Of a stretch of 43,078 nucleotides of DNA, positions 8,578 to 18,625 are shown piece after piece. Below the pieces are notes generated by a model. The model did no database searches. It saw only the letters and a program-made list of their open reading frames with translations, and had not been told where the DNA came from. Position 1 is the first letter of the stretch. Every line of letters starts with the position of its first letter. A program made the translations under genes and the position numbers. The DNA lies in the IMG/VR virus record IMGVR_UViG_3300045988_169798, positions 1 to 43,078 of that record; one strand, given 5' to 3'. Source of the stretch: a virus.

Positions 8578-8972
8578 CGATTCTCCCACCACTACTCCGC
8601 GAGTATGGGTGGGAGATAGAAGCAGACCTGCAACGATACTACAACACCGATCTTCTCGATCTGTATCGCGGCAGAATAACCCCACGGCGGGTAATGGTAC
8701 TTATCGGCGGGCTTCCGCCAGGGTCGACATTCGACAGGGCGCGAGGCGGAGACAGATACTGGTCCGACGAAGTAGCCGCCACAATAATGTCAGCACACAA
8801 TATCCAGACCGCGCTACTCGCCGTCAATGGCGTCAAGAAAGACAAGTGGCCCGAGGCGCCGAAACCACCGGCTGAAGGATACCGGGAAACCGGTAACCCC
8901 AAGGTGTCAAGCAAGCACGCTAAAGCACAAAAGGCCAAGGGTGAGAAATGGCTCGCCCGATACGGCAGCTGA
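8251..8972 (+). CDS. Tail assembly chaperone GT fusion (via -1 frameshift at 8568-8574)
   Basis: The -1 frame (same frame as track ORF 8694..8972) reads ...LLREYGWEIEADLQRYYNTDLLDLYRGRITPRRVMVLIGGLPPGS, typical of T extensions. Confidence 0.6.
8568..8574 (+). other. -1 programmed ribosomal frameshift site G_GGA_AAC
   Basis: Canonical X_XXY_YYZ heptamer in the zero frame, 1 codon before the G stop. The -1 frame stays open to 8972. Confidence 0.7.
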
Positions 8973-8995
8973 CCCGCGTTTCTATTGGATAGTGT

Positions 8996-9052
8996 AAAAT
9001 GGTTCACGCCAAGACAAACACGAAAAACGGTTTGCTTGGCGTGAACCATTTT
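8996..9052 (+). terminator. Strong hairpin between the chaperone and tape measure genes
   Basis: AAAATGGTTCACGCCAAG 8996-9013 pairs perfectly (18 bp) with CTTGGCGTGAACCATTTT 9035-9052; 21-nt loop. Confidence 0.45.
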
Positions 9053-9080
9053 CGCTACACACGATTTCGGAGAGGTATCG

Positions 9081-12000
9081 ATGGCCGGATATGATCTCGG
9101 GACCGCATGGATTCAGATCAGCCCGTCCGTGCGAGGCCTCGCCCGAAGTATCAATAGCGAAATCGGCAACGTCGACACGGGGCCGGCTGAAAGAAAGATC
9201 ACATCCGGCCTGGGTGGTGCGTTCAAATCGGTAGCGAAAGTTGCCGGCGCCGCGCTCGGAGGACTCGCAATCGGCGGCATCGCCGTCGCGTTCGGCGGCG
9301 TCGCAAAAGAAGCATTCAACGCGGCTGACGCCACGATCAAATTCAAGCAAACGCTCGCATTCGCCGGTAAAAGTGCGGACGAAATCAACGCGCTCACAAA
9401 AAGCACACGCTCCTACGCAGACCGCACGATTTATGAGCTCGACGACATTCAATCCATTACCGCGCAGCTCGCATCCAACGGTGTAAAGGGCTACGATAAG
9501 CTCGCCGAGGCGGCCGGTAACTTGAATGCTGTTGCTGGCGGGAATGCGCAGACGTTTAAAACGGTCGGCCTCGTCATGACACAGACCGCGGGCGCCGGAA
9601 AACTCACCACCGAGAACTGGAACCAGCTTTCCGACGCCATTCCTGGCGCATCCGGTAAATTGCAGGAAGCCATGAAAAAGAATGGCGCCTACACCGGCAA
9701 TTTCCGGGAAGCCATGGAAAAGGGCGAGATCACCGCCGAGGAATTCAACCAAGCAATCCTCGACCTCGGTATGGAGGACGTGGCCATTGAGGCCGCCACA
9801 TCCACCAAAACCCTGGAAGGCGCTTGGGGGAACTTCAAAGCGACCCTTGTGACCGGGGCGCAGGAAATCGCCGAAAAAGCACTCCCATGGATCACCGCAT
9901 CCCTTGACGCCATGAGCAAAGGGTTCGAAAAAGTATTCAACTGGGTGAGCAATTCGTTCATCCCCAGTATCACGAATGCTTTCAACGTTATCCGCAAGGG
10001 TGACTTCACGGGCCCAATCTTCTCGTTCGAGGAAGATTCGAGTTTCGTTGATTTCCTTTTCCGCATGCGTGATGCTGCCGCAGCCGCGGGGGAATGGATC
10101 AATAAGACACTCGTCCCGTCATTGAAGAATCTTAAAGATCTACTTCTGTCCGGTGATTTCACGGGGACGATTTTCGGATTCGACAAAGACTCCGGAATCA
10201 TCTCATACATCACCAACGTTCGTAACAGTTTCGTCGAGCTCGGTAAATTCATTGTCGGGACGCTCGTCCCCGGTATCGCTACCGCTCTCAGCACCATCGC
10301 GAACAGCAGCCTTGTCCAATTCATGGAAAGCTTGACCGTCGCTATTCTCAATAGTAAAGTGGCGGTGTACAGTATTGCAGCTGCGTTTACGGCATGGAAA
10401 GCCGTTATGGTAATGTCTTCAATGCAGCAATGGTTGAATGACATGGAAGGCGTGGCTGGGGTTGCCGGGCGTGTCACCACGGCCATTAACGCAATGACCG
10501 TGGCGAAAGTCAGAGATGTAGTTGAGACCGCGCAACTCAACCTCATGTACGCCGGCGAATTCCTGTCGAATATTGCGCGAGCAACGACGCAGATCACGAT
10601 GCAGGCGGTTGCTTGGGGTAGGGCCACGGCAATGATGGTCCTCCACAAGACAGCGACAATCGCCTCAACGGCGGCGCAGTGGGCATTCAACGCCGCAATG
10701 GACGCCAACCCAATCGGCCTCGTCGTAATCGCTATCGCAGCACTGGTCGCGGCAATCATTGTTGCATGGCAGAACTCCGAAACATTCCGCAACGTCGTCA
10801 TTTCCTGTTGGGAAGCAATCAAAACTGCCGCGGGCGCTGTAGCCGATTGGTTCGCCGCTAACGTATGGCCTCTCATGCAAGTCGCCTGGGACGGAATCGT
10901 GGCAGGCGCCCAATGGATGTGGGGCGTCATGGTATCCGTCTGGCAGGGAATGCAACCTGTTATTCAGGCGGTCATTGATTGGATCGTCGGCACCGCATGG
11001 CCCGCACTTCAGGCGGCCTGGGACGGGATCGTGGCAGGCGCCCAATGGGTATGGGACGGAATCGTCAGCGTCTGGCAAGGAATGCAGCCCGTTATTCAAG
11101 CTGTCGTTGATTGGATTGTAAATACCGCCTGGCCCAATCTTCAGGCCGCCTGGGATGGTATTTCTGCGGGCGCAATGATCGTCTGGAACGGGATGGTCGC
11201 AGCCTGGCAGGGGATCAGCGACATAATCCGACCCGTCGTCGATTGGATCGTCAACGTCGCTGCACTGTACCTCACTACAGCGTGGGATGCGATCAGCTGG
11301 GGTGTGAGTGCGCTCTGGTCCACGATTCAGTGGGCGTGGGACGCCATCTGGGCGGCAATCATGCCCGTCGCCACACAAATCTACAACGACATTTGGCCCA
11401 TGGTGGTCGGTGCGTTCAACGCCATTAAAGACACCGCTTCCATGATGTGGGCCGATATTCAGATCGCTTGGACCGCCATTCAAACCGCAATTCAGCCCGT
11501 TGCGGATTGGATTTACAATACGGTCTGGCCCTGGGTGGTAGGCGCGTTCAATGCGATTAAGGATACGGCCACTAACATGTGGTCTGATATTCAGAGTGCG
11601 TGGGCCGCAATTCAGGCGGCTATGCAGCCCGTCGTGGAATGGATCTACTACACGGCGTGGCCTTGGGTGGTCGACGCGTTCAACACAATTAAGGATGCGG
11701 CGTCCAATCTTTGGGGCACGGTTCAGGCCGCATGGACCTCAATTCAAGCGGCAATGCAGCCAGTGGTCGAATGGATCTACTACACGGCCTGGCCCTGGGT
11801 TGTCGACACTTTCAACACAATCAAAGACACCGCCTCCGCACTTTGGGGCACCATATCGGCGGCATGGAACGGCATTTGGGCCACCATTCAGCCCGTCGTT
11901 GATTGGATCTACAATATTGCGTGGCCGTGGGTGGTCGGAGCATTCAACGCCATTAAAGACACCGCGTCTATTATGTGGGGCTCCCTGTCGGCGACATGGA

Positions 12001-13643
12001 ACGGTATCTGGGCCGTCATGCAGCCGGTAGTGAATTGGATTCAAACCTACGCCGCACCCGTTATTAGCGTGGCCTGGGAAATAATCTCTACGGGCGCGAA
12101 AATTCTAGGCGGAATCATCGCGTTCGTATTCGCGTCCATCATCGCCGCGGTCACTATGGGAGTCGCCGTAATTCAAGGCGCAGCCACCACGATCAGCGCC
12201 GCCTGGAACACCGTTGTTTCGTGGACCAGCTGGCTGAAAAACATGGTCGTCTCCGCATGGAACATCCTGAAAGGCGAAATCCAAATCGTTAAAGATTGGA
12301 TTGCCAACACACTCGTCCCCGCAATTACAAGCGCCTGGGACAGGGTCGTGGCCGCCGCCAATACCATGAAAGATGGTGTTAGGACGGCGTGGGACAAGAT
12401 CAAGGAAGCCGCTGCCAAGCCTGTTAACTTCGTTATCGGCACAGTCTACAACAATGGGCTGCGGAAACTCGTTAACGGGATGATGGAGAAGCTCTCCCTC
12501 GATCTTCGTCTTCCTGAGGCTCCCACGATTGGCGGGTACGCGTCAGGTGGTGTCCTGCCCGGATACTCTCCGGGCCGCGACATTTACCATTTCGTATCAC
12601 CCGACGGTGGCGGCCGGCTCGCGCTTTCCGGCGGAGAAGCTATCATGCGGCCAGAATGGGTGAAAGCCGTTGGTGGGCCTGCAATGGTGAATGCCATGAA
12701 CCGTGCCGCCGCACACGGGGACAGAATCCCCGGCGGCGACGCGGGGTATGCCGCATTCGCCCCCGGCGGTATTTGGGACCCTGTCAAATCAACTGTAGAA
12801 AGGGGTGCGTCTGCTGCTCTTAATTGGATCACCGGGGCGGCCGATGCGGTATCCTCGATCTTCTCAGACCCAATTGGAGCCGTTGAGACTGTCATCAAGG
12901 CTCCGGTTCACAAGCTTCTTGATTCGTGGGGTGGCGACGGGGCAAAACCATTCTTTGACGCCGGGAAAGCTGGCGTTGATAAAACCATTGACGCGCTCGG
13001 CGACTGGATCAAGGATCACATGCCTGTGGTCAGCGGATTCGGTGGTGGAATCGGTGCTATTGGTGCCGCTGCCGGCGACCTCGTGAATACGGCGCGACGG
13101 GCTATCGGTACACCGTATGTTTGGGGTGGCGTTTCCCCGGGCGGCGGGCTCGACTGTTCTGGTCTTGTATATTGGGCGCTCAACGCGATGGGCATTCACG
13201 TGCCGCGTCTTACGGCGGCCGGATATCAAGCAATGTCATCCCCCGGTAACCCCATGGTTCCCGGTACACTCCTGTTCTGGGGGTATCCGGCTCATCACGT
13301 TGCTATCGCCTCCGGTAACGGGATGATGGTTGAGGCGCCAACTTTCGGTATTCCGGTGCGTGAGGTCCCGATCTATGGTGGGCCGTCCGCAGGTAATCTT
13401 CGCTACGATAACGGTGGATTCTTGCAGCCCGGCCTCTCAACAATCGAAAACAAAACTGGTCGCCCGGAGCCCGTTTTCACGTCAGCTCAGTGGGAGAAAA
13501 TGGATAAGCTGATCAGCCTTCTGGAGAATCGTGCGCTCGGCCCGGATGTGCTTGAAATTCGGGACGTGGACAATGATCTTGTGGGGCGTATGCAGGTAGA
13601 AGCGACGTCGGCCATAGTAGACTATGACCGAATGAACCGATAA
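9081..13643 (+). CDS. Tape measure protein with a C-terminal NlpC/P60 peptidoglycan hydrolase domain
   Basis: 1520 aa, GGAGAGG RBS, Trp-rich tandem repeats. C-terminal motif GTPYVWGG...LDCSGLVYWA...HHVAIASGNGMMVEAP. Confidence 0.9.
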   Translation: MAGYDLGTAWIQISPSVRGLARSINSEIGNVDTGPAERKITSGLGGAFKSVAKVAGAALGGLAIGGIAVAFGGVAKEAFNAADATIKFKQTLAFAGKSADEINALTKSTRSYADRTIYELDDIQSITAQLASNGVKGYDKLAEAAGNLNAVAGGNAQTFKTVGLVMTQTAGAGKLTTENWNQLSDAIPGASGKLQEAMKKNGAYTGNFREAMEKGEITAEEFNQAILDLGMEDVAIEAATSTKTLEGAWGNFKATLVTGAQEIAEKALPWITASLDAMSKGFEKVFNWVSNSFIPSITNAFNVIRKGDFTGPIFSFEEDSSFVDFLFRMRDAAAAAGEWINKTLVPSLKNLKDLLLSGDFTGTIFGFDKDSGIISYITNVRNSFVELGKFIVGTLVPGIATALSTIANSSLVQFMESLTVAILNSKVAVYSIAAAFTAWKAVMVMSSMQQWLNDMEGVAGVAGRVTTAINAMTVAKVRDVVETAQLNLMYAGEFLSNIARATTQITMQAVAWGRATAMMVLHKTATIASTAAQWAFNAAMDANPIGLVVIAIAALVAAIIVAWQNSETFRNVVISCWEAIKTAAGAVADWFAANVWPLMQVAWDGIVAGAQWMWGVMVSVWQGMQPVIQAVIDWIVGTAWPALQAAWDGIVAGAQWVWDGIVSVWQGMQPVIQAVVDWIVNTAWPNLQAAWDGISAGAMIVWNGMVAAWQGISDIIRPVVDWIVNVAALYLTTAWDAISWGVSALWSTIQWAWDAIWAAIMPVATQIYNDIWPMVVGAFNAIKDTASMMWADIQIAWTAIQTAIQPVADWIYNTVWPWVVGAFNAIKDTATNMWSDIQSAWAAIQAAMQPVVEWIYYTAWPWVVDAFNTIKDAASNLWGTVQAAWTSIQAAMQPVVEWIYYTAWPWVVDTFNTIKDTASALWGTISAAWNGIWATIQPVVDWIYNIAWPWVVGAFNAIKDTASIMWGSLSATWNGIWAVMQPVVNWIQTYAAPVISVAWEIISTGAKILGGIIAFVFASIIAAVTMGVAVIQGAATTISAAWNTVVSWTSWLKNMVVSAWNILKGEIQIVKDWIANTLVPAITSAWDRVVAAANTMKDGVRTAWDKIKEAAAKPVNFVIGTVYNNGLRKLVNGMMEKLSLDLRLPEAPTIGGYASGGVLPGYSPGRDIYHFVSPDGGGRLALSGGEAIMRPEWVKAVGGPAMVNAMNRAAAHGDRIPGGDAGYAAFAPGGIWDPVKSTVERGASAALNWITGAADAVSSIFSDPIGAVETVIKAPVHKLLDSWGGDGAKPFFDAGKAGVDKTIDALGDWIKDHMPVVSGFGGGIGAIGAAAGDLVNTARRAIGTPYVWGGVSPGGGLDCSGLVYWALNAMGIHVPRLTAAGYQAMSSPGNPMVPGTLLFWGYPAHHVAIASGNGMMVEAPTFGIPVREVPIYGGPSAGNLRYDNGGFLQPGLSTIENKTGRPEPVFTSAQWEKMDKLISLLENRALGPDVLEIRDVDNDLVGRMQVEATSAIVDYDRMNR
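10843..12110 (+). repeat. About nine tandem ~129-bp (43-aa) coding repeats inside the tape measure (boundaries approximate)
   Basis: Recurring ...W(P)xxxxAWDxI...W...[Q/M/R]PVxxWI... unit. The [QMR]PV motif occurs nine times. Neighbouring units share near-identical DNA (gcctgggacggRatcgtggcaggcgcccaatgg). Confidence 0.8.
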
Positions 13644-13670
13644 AACCATTGTGACGGAAAGCATATAGTA

Positions 13671-14450
13671 ATGCCGATTACGGGATGGATTGCTACACAC
13701 ACGGGACTGCCGTCAATAATGGCCACAGGCAAGGAACCCGTCTATGCGGGTGATCGTCTTTTCGCTGTCCCTGGGATGGCTCGCGACAAAAGACCACTCA
13801 CCGGCAGGGCGAAAATGATTCGCGAGCTCGAGGGCCCCAAGCTCACCGAGCCGGTAACAATGATCCTCTCAGACGCTTACGCCGTGCCGGGCACCACAAT
13901 AAAATACGCCCAGGGCGATTCCTCGGTCACGCTGACTCGCCCCGAGGTGGAGTGGTGGCGCGGCATGGTGAGCGGCCTCAACGGGCGCACGGTGCCCGGG
14001 CTCATCTGGGAGGAGGCCCAGGATAAAAGAGAATGGTCCTCCCCAATTTCGAGATATAACTCACTTATCGCCAGGTGGCCGATGCTGGAAGTGGCCCGTA
14101 CTGGAGGCGGGCAATTCGTCCTAGACGACCCGTCCCACGTTAACAATGTTTGGGAGATCTTGCAGAAGCGTGAGCCTCTCATTCTTACGCCCGGTGCCCC
14201 CGCCGACGTTCTCCCGTCGCGATTCATTACTGTGGACAAGGTGGACAGCGCCAGGATCACGGGAGACGGTATTATCCGGTGGAACGTAAAATGGCATGAG
14301 CTCCCCGAGGACTCCCCGATGCTTGTCGGCCCTCACGCCGGCTGGGGAGCAGCGCCTTGTGTCACCTGGGGTGAATGGCGTGAAGTCGACAAGGTCTGGA
14401 AGTCACGCACATACATTGAGATTTGCAAAATGATTGCGGGAATGCCATGA
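13671..14450 (+). CDS. Distal tail protein (Dit-like)
   Basis: 259 aa, first gene after the tape measure. Confidence 0.55.
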   Translation: MPITGWIATHTGLPSIMATGKEPVYAGDRLFAVPGMARDKRPLTGRAKMIRELEGPKLTEPVTMILSDAYAVPGTTIKYAQGDSSVTLTRPEVEWWRGMVSGLNGRTVPGLIWEEAQDKREWSSPISRYNSLIARWPMLEVARTGGGQFVLDDPSHVNNVWEILQKREPLILTPGAPADVLPSRFITVDKVDSARITGDGIIRWNVKWHELPEDSPMLVGPHAGWGAAPCVTWGEWREVDKVWKSRTYIEICKMIAGMP

Positions 14451-15520
14451 GAAACGGCCCCACTCTGGCCGCCCTTTCAGACGGTCTCAGCATCGGCGCA
14501 AGAATCGATATTATTCGCGGCGGCGAAGTCCTCAAAACAGGAATCCCCGCCTCCGAAGTGAAAGTCGAATGGTCCTCGACGAATCGCCAGGTTCCGGGCG
14601 CCCTGTCTTATTCTTGTCCAATGTCGTGGACTCCGGAATGGCCGTTGGACGCGCTCAATAATTTCGGGCAGCGTTCCATGGTGACCGCGCTTTATGAGAA
14701 TCGGCGCGGCGACTATTGGGAAATTCCGCTCGGCGAATTCGTCAACGTGGAATGGTCCGTGTCCAAGGAAAAAGTAAATGTCTCCTGCAAGGATTTGACG
14801 CAGATTCTTGCCGATAATCCGAGGCCGTGGCCGTCCTCACCCGCCGCCGGCGCCACCCTGCTCTCCGAAGCCAACGAACTCGCCGAATATGTGCGAGTAA
14901 AACTAGAGGACGACGTCTGGGACGCGCCCATCCCCCGCACCACACAGTGGGGAAACTCACGAATCGAATCAATCTACAAACTCGTCGAATCGCGAGGCTG
15001 CGGTATTCGTAGCGGAGCCGATGGAATGCTGCACATTTTCAAGCTTCGCGACAAAACTGCGCCTGACGAGATTTACACGTACGAATCCGGCTTCCTTTTG
15101 GAAGCCCCGCGCGCCCCGAGGTCAGGCGGCCGTCGCCCGAACCGGTGGTACGTCACTGGCAGCAAGCAACAGCGGGCTCAGGGCGAGCAGGAGGAGCGTT
15201 GGACTGCGGAACGCGAAATCACTGACCCGCCATATGAGCCGGCCGGCTACGGTTGGGTTACGTCGCACAAAGAATTCAGCGCCGCAAGCTCGGCGAGAGA
15301 GGTATCCGAGGCCGCAGACACGTACATGATTCAGGACATTTCCTCCCGCTCTTCCAGGTCTTTGACGATTATCCCGGACGCCCGTATCGAGGTCGGGGAT
15401 ATTATCGGTGCAATTACCGAGCAGGGTGAGCATATTGCAGGCCGTGTCACGGCTTACAGTCTCCCGTTGTCTGATCCGTCCGCTACAATGAGAGTAGACA
15501 TAGAGATACTGGGAGAATAA
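14447..15520 (+). CDS. Tal-like minor tail protein
   Basis: ATG 14447 overlaps the upstream TGA (ATGA). 357 aa, second gene after the tape measure. Confidence 0.55.
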   Translation: MRNGPTLAALSDGLSIGARIDIIRGGEVLKTGIPASEVKVEWSSTNRQVPGALSYSCPMSWTPEWPLDALNNFGQRSMVTALYENRRGDYWEIPLGEFVNVEWSVSKEKVNVSCKDLTQILADNPRPWPSSPAAGATLLSEANELAEYVRVKLEDDVWDAPIPRTTQWGNSRIESIYKLVESRGCGIRSGADGMLHIFKLRDKTAPDEIYTYESGFLLEAPRAPRSGGRRPNRWYVTGSKQQRAQGEQEERWTAEREITDPPYEPAGYGWVTSHKEFSAASSAREVSEAADTYMIQDISSRSSRSLTIIPDARIEVGDIIGAITEQGEHIAGRVTAYSLPLSDPSATMRVDIEILGE

Positions 15521-15530
15521 ACGGGGCATC

Positions 15531-17447
15531 ATGGTCAGACCGTCACTATTGCTTGACACGGCGCCACGAAACGGCGGCGGCCGCAACAATAACAATGTTA
15601 TTGTTCAACAATCCTCAGTATCGTGGACGTACGGGAAAATCACCGGCACGTCCGCCACCGACAGTACGCTCCCGTCCGGCTGGGTAGAAGTAGGAATCCC
15701 CTACAGTAATCCGACCTCTCACGCTGTCGGCGAATCAGATGGGATTGCCACATGGATAGGCGCCCGCGTACTCGTCATCATTGACTCGTCCGGTCGTGTA
15801 GTCAAGATCAGTGACCCTATCGCCGAGCCGCCTTCAGGCGCGAAAGTTGAAAACCTCGGACATACCGGTAAAATGCTCAGCCAGGCTGCGAAAGACGCCG
15901 AACGCGCTTTCAAGGAAGCCGACGCCATTCGAGACCGCGCCAACAAAGCTGAAGGTGCCGCGAACAAGGCGGCAAAAGACGCGGAAAAAGCCGTTCAGAT
16001 TGCAGAAGCTAACCGGCCGCCCGTGGTGTCCCAGACCGCCCCTGAGAATCCTGTCACAGGGTTGATCTGGTATGTCACCGACAATGCCGGGCACATTACC
16101 GACGTGCGTATCTGGGACGGTACACAGTGGGTGACCAGAACAATGGTCGCTGGCAGCATTCTCGTCCCCTCGTCCGTGGGGAATGTCTCGCTGGCCGACG
16201 GTTCTGTGTCCGCGCGTAACATTTATGCGTCCGGGGAACTCTGGGCGAAAATCGCGGCGTTCGCGTCCGTCACCACGGAAATGTTGACCGCTGGAAACGC
16301 AACATTCAACGCGGCAAAGGTCACTGGCGACCTTATCGGTAACAGGCTTATCGGTGGTGAGCTTTCGCTTGTTGATACTGAGCCGACGTCGGGCGAGAAG
16401 AATATTCGATTCGGTCTCGGTAGCGAATACGGGTTCTGGGAGTCTATCTGGTCCCCCAAAATCGCGACCGTGGAGGAGCTCGAGGGCGGCACAAGGTTTG
16501 TTCTGACTGATAGGGATCGTCCTAATCGTAACGATGGTGCGCAGATGGCAATCTACGATATTGCTGTTGCGAAACCAAAAACATATGGTATTGCCGGTGA
16601 GGGTGTCGGCAAGGTCGAAGGGTATATTCTTTTCACCCCGTCATGGAACGGGCGCGCGATTCTCACAATCAACATTGGTAAGAATAGAATTATTTCTGTT
16701 GATGAGCAGGCGACGGCTGGGCAGAAAATAAGATTCGATTTCACGCTCCCCGATGGTGCGTGGATTCAAGACACGGACACGCCTTTCTATATTAGTGCCC
16801 GCACGAACGATGTTTTTACGCCGGGGATGCAGCTCGGAATCATTTATTCCATGTACGTGTCATGGAAGATGAGTCGCTCCTCCGGTTTGCATATTTTCCG
16901 CGACGACGAGGGCGTGGCGAAGATACAGATCACTGATCGTCAGGGCGGCGAGCTGATCATGGACACGAATGGCGTGTCCTATGATCCGCCCGGGTCGGCT
17001 GCGCCTCACGCGTCGTCTTGGCGTACTTTCACGGAGCCGCCTTTCGCCCACATGGCAACAAACAATGCGCACTTGTGGACTAAAAAAGATGATTGGTCGA
17101 AGGTGCCTGTGGGTTCGCAGGAGAAGATCGTTCGTGGCGGAATGCAGGTAGATGGTGTCGAAATCATTATTCCGCAGAGCGGGCTCTACCGTCTAGACGG
17201 CACAACATGGTACAGGTCATCGTGGGCCGGGTATGTTGGCGGCACTAGGGTTGCTCGCAGTAATGATGTTGAGTATGGCGTTTACATGTATGCTGCGTTG
17301 AACCATGGTTTGTGGACTGCGTTGCAGGTGACTGGTGTTAGGCGTTTGAATGTCGGGGATCGGATCGCGCTTTACACGTATCAGAATATTGACGAGGGTA
17401 CAATTATGGATTGGGGCGAGATGACGGTTAGCTGGCTCACCTACTGA
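15531..17447 (+). CDS. Tail fibre / receptor-binding protein candidate
   Basis: 638 aa with a coiled-coil stretch (AKDAERAFKEADAIRDRANKAEGAANKAAKDAEKAVQIAEA) and a beta-rich C-terminal part. Confidence 0.5.
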   Translation: MVRPSLLLDTAPRNGGGRNNNNVIVQQSSVSWTYGKITGTSATDSTLPSGWVEVGIPYSNPTSHAVGESDGIATWIGARVLVIIDSSGRVVKISDPIAEPPSGAKVENLGHTGKMLSQAAKDAERAFKEADAIRDRANKAEGAANKAAKDAEKAVQIAEANRPPVVSQTAPENPVTGLIWYVTDNAGHITDVRIWDGTQWVTRTMVAGSILVPSSVGNVSLADGSVSARNIYASGELWAKIAAFASVTTEMLTAGNATFNAAKVTGDLIGNRLIGGELSLVDTEPTSGEKNIRFGLGSEYGFWESIWSPKIATVEELEGGTRFVLTDRDRPNRNDGAQMAIYDIAVAKPKTYGIAGEGVGKVEGYILFTPSWNGRAILTINIGKNRIISVDEQATAGQKIRFDFTLPDGAWIQDTDTPFYISARTNDVFTPGMQLGIIYSMYVSWKMSRSSGLHIFRDDEGVAKIQITDRQGGELIMDTNGVSYDPPGSAAPHASSWRTFTEPPFAHMATNNAHLWTKKDDWSKVPVGSQEKIVRGGMQVDGVEIIIPQSGLYRLDGTTWYRSSWAGYVGGTRVARSNDVEYGVYMYAALNHGLWTALQVTGVRRLNVGDRIALYTYQNIDEGTIMDWGEMTVSWLTY

Positions 17448-17481
17448 AGATTGTGCAACAATATTTTTAGGAGAAAACAAT

Positions 17482-18183
17482 ATGCCTAACACTAGGTGGA
17501 CCGGCGGTGTCGTCCCCACAGTAGACGATAATCTTATTGAAGCCTGGGACGCGTACGATGATTCTGCCGGTAGGGTTATGCCGGCTGCGTCCGTGGCTGC
17601 GGCACGGGTTATGCTTGCGGCAGCACCATCCGGGGCAGTATCGAAAGCACGCCCTGCAGTTTTCATTATTGACGACATTCTGTACACGGCTGACGGCTCC
17701 AAGGCCGGTGATGGATCATTCAACATCAACCCTGCGAACTCGTTCAGTGGTGTGCTTTACAGGCATCGTGATAATACGAACGGCCGCGGGCGTCCGACCT
17801 CGGATCATGCCACTTATACGTGGGGTGACGGTATCGTTACCCTGCCTATTAAGAGCCTTATGGAGTTCTCGCTTGACGTGTGCGTGAGTATTGCGCACGA
17901 GGATTATCATTCCGAGGAGGAGAAGGACAGGGCGGTCGGCTCATACTTCTTCGGGTTCAAGCTTGACAACAGGGGTATTTGGCAGACTGAGATTCAGTAC
18001 AATCGCACGTTTATGACGCATCATATGCAGTGGCGCCTTTCCGTGGAAGCCGGTTCACACAGGGTTGCTTACACTACGGCGGGCAGTTATGGTGCGGACC
18101 CGTACTGGCATTACGATGGCGGCGTGTTCCCTGGCACTGTGTTTACGGTGGCTACTCTTGGTGCGACCCGCGTTGACCTGTAA
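17482..18183 (+). CDS. Minor tail protein / fibre-associated protein
   Basis: 233 aa, AGGAGAA RBS, within the tail-tip block. Confidence 0.45.
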   Translation: MPNTRWTGGVVPTVDDNLIEAWDAYDDSAGRVMPAASVAAARVMLAAAPSGAVSKARPAVFIIDDILYTADGSKAGDGSFNINPANSFSGVLYRHRDNTNGRGRPTSDHATYTWGDGIVTLPIKSLMEFSLDVCVSIAHEDYHSEEEKDRAVGSYFFGFKLDNRGIWQTEIQYNRTFMTHHMQWRLSVEAGSHRVAYTTAGSYGADPYWHYDGGVFPGTVFTVATLGATRVDL

Positions 18184-18223
18184 CCTCTAAAATAGTTCAC
18201 TATTAGAAATAGGTGATAATAAT

Positions 18224-18616
18224 ATGACTAAGGTCATAGCGACGGTTGTAAATGCTGCCGGCAAGACAGTCAACGCGACAATGAGTGTCCGCCCCGAAAC
18301 CGTTTACACGTCCGACAATATTACGACAGTCCCCGCCCCGGTGCGCGGCGACGCGAACGACAAGGGCAGGATCGAGGTAGAGGTAGACGCCAGCCACGGC
18401 GGACGATGGGCAATTGTTTTGAATGTCGCCGGCGTGTGGGCGCGCGAAGTCCGAGGTGCGGAGCTGCCGGCCTCCGGCGACGTGCAGGTAACCTCCCTGT
18501 CGGCATGGAACGGCGACAGTTACCCTAATCCCGGCGACCCTGGCGGTGGCGGCCAGAACAATGCTGGCAAGATCACCGTCAGCGACGATGGTCTTACCTG
18601 GACCTACGGAGAGTGA
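18224..18616 (+). CDS. Hypothetical tail-associated protein (beta-sandwich-like)
   Basis: 130 aa, RBS AGGTGA, Gly-rich linker PGDPGGGGQNN. Confidence 0.4.
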   Translation: MTKVIATVVNAAGKTVNATMSVRPETVYTSDNITTVPAPVRGDANDKGRIEVEVDASHGGRWAIVLNVAGVWAREVRGAELPASGDVQVTSLSAWNGDSYPNPGDPGGGGQNNAGKITVSDDGLTWTYGE

Positions 18617-18625
18617 GAAAACACA

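Noticed and set aside
10843-12110. Regular ~129-bp repeats that could superficially suggest a CRISPR-like or satellite array
   Set aside because: The repeats are in frame within the tape measure ORF, have no unique spacers, and encode a conserved peptide unit. They are coding repeats.
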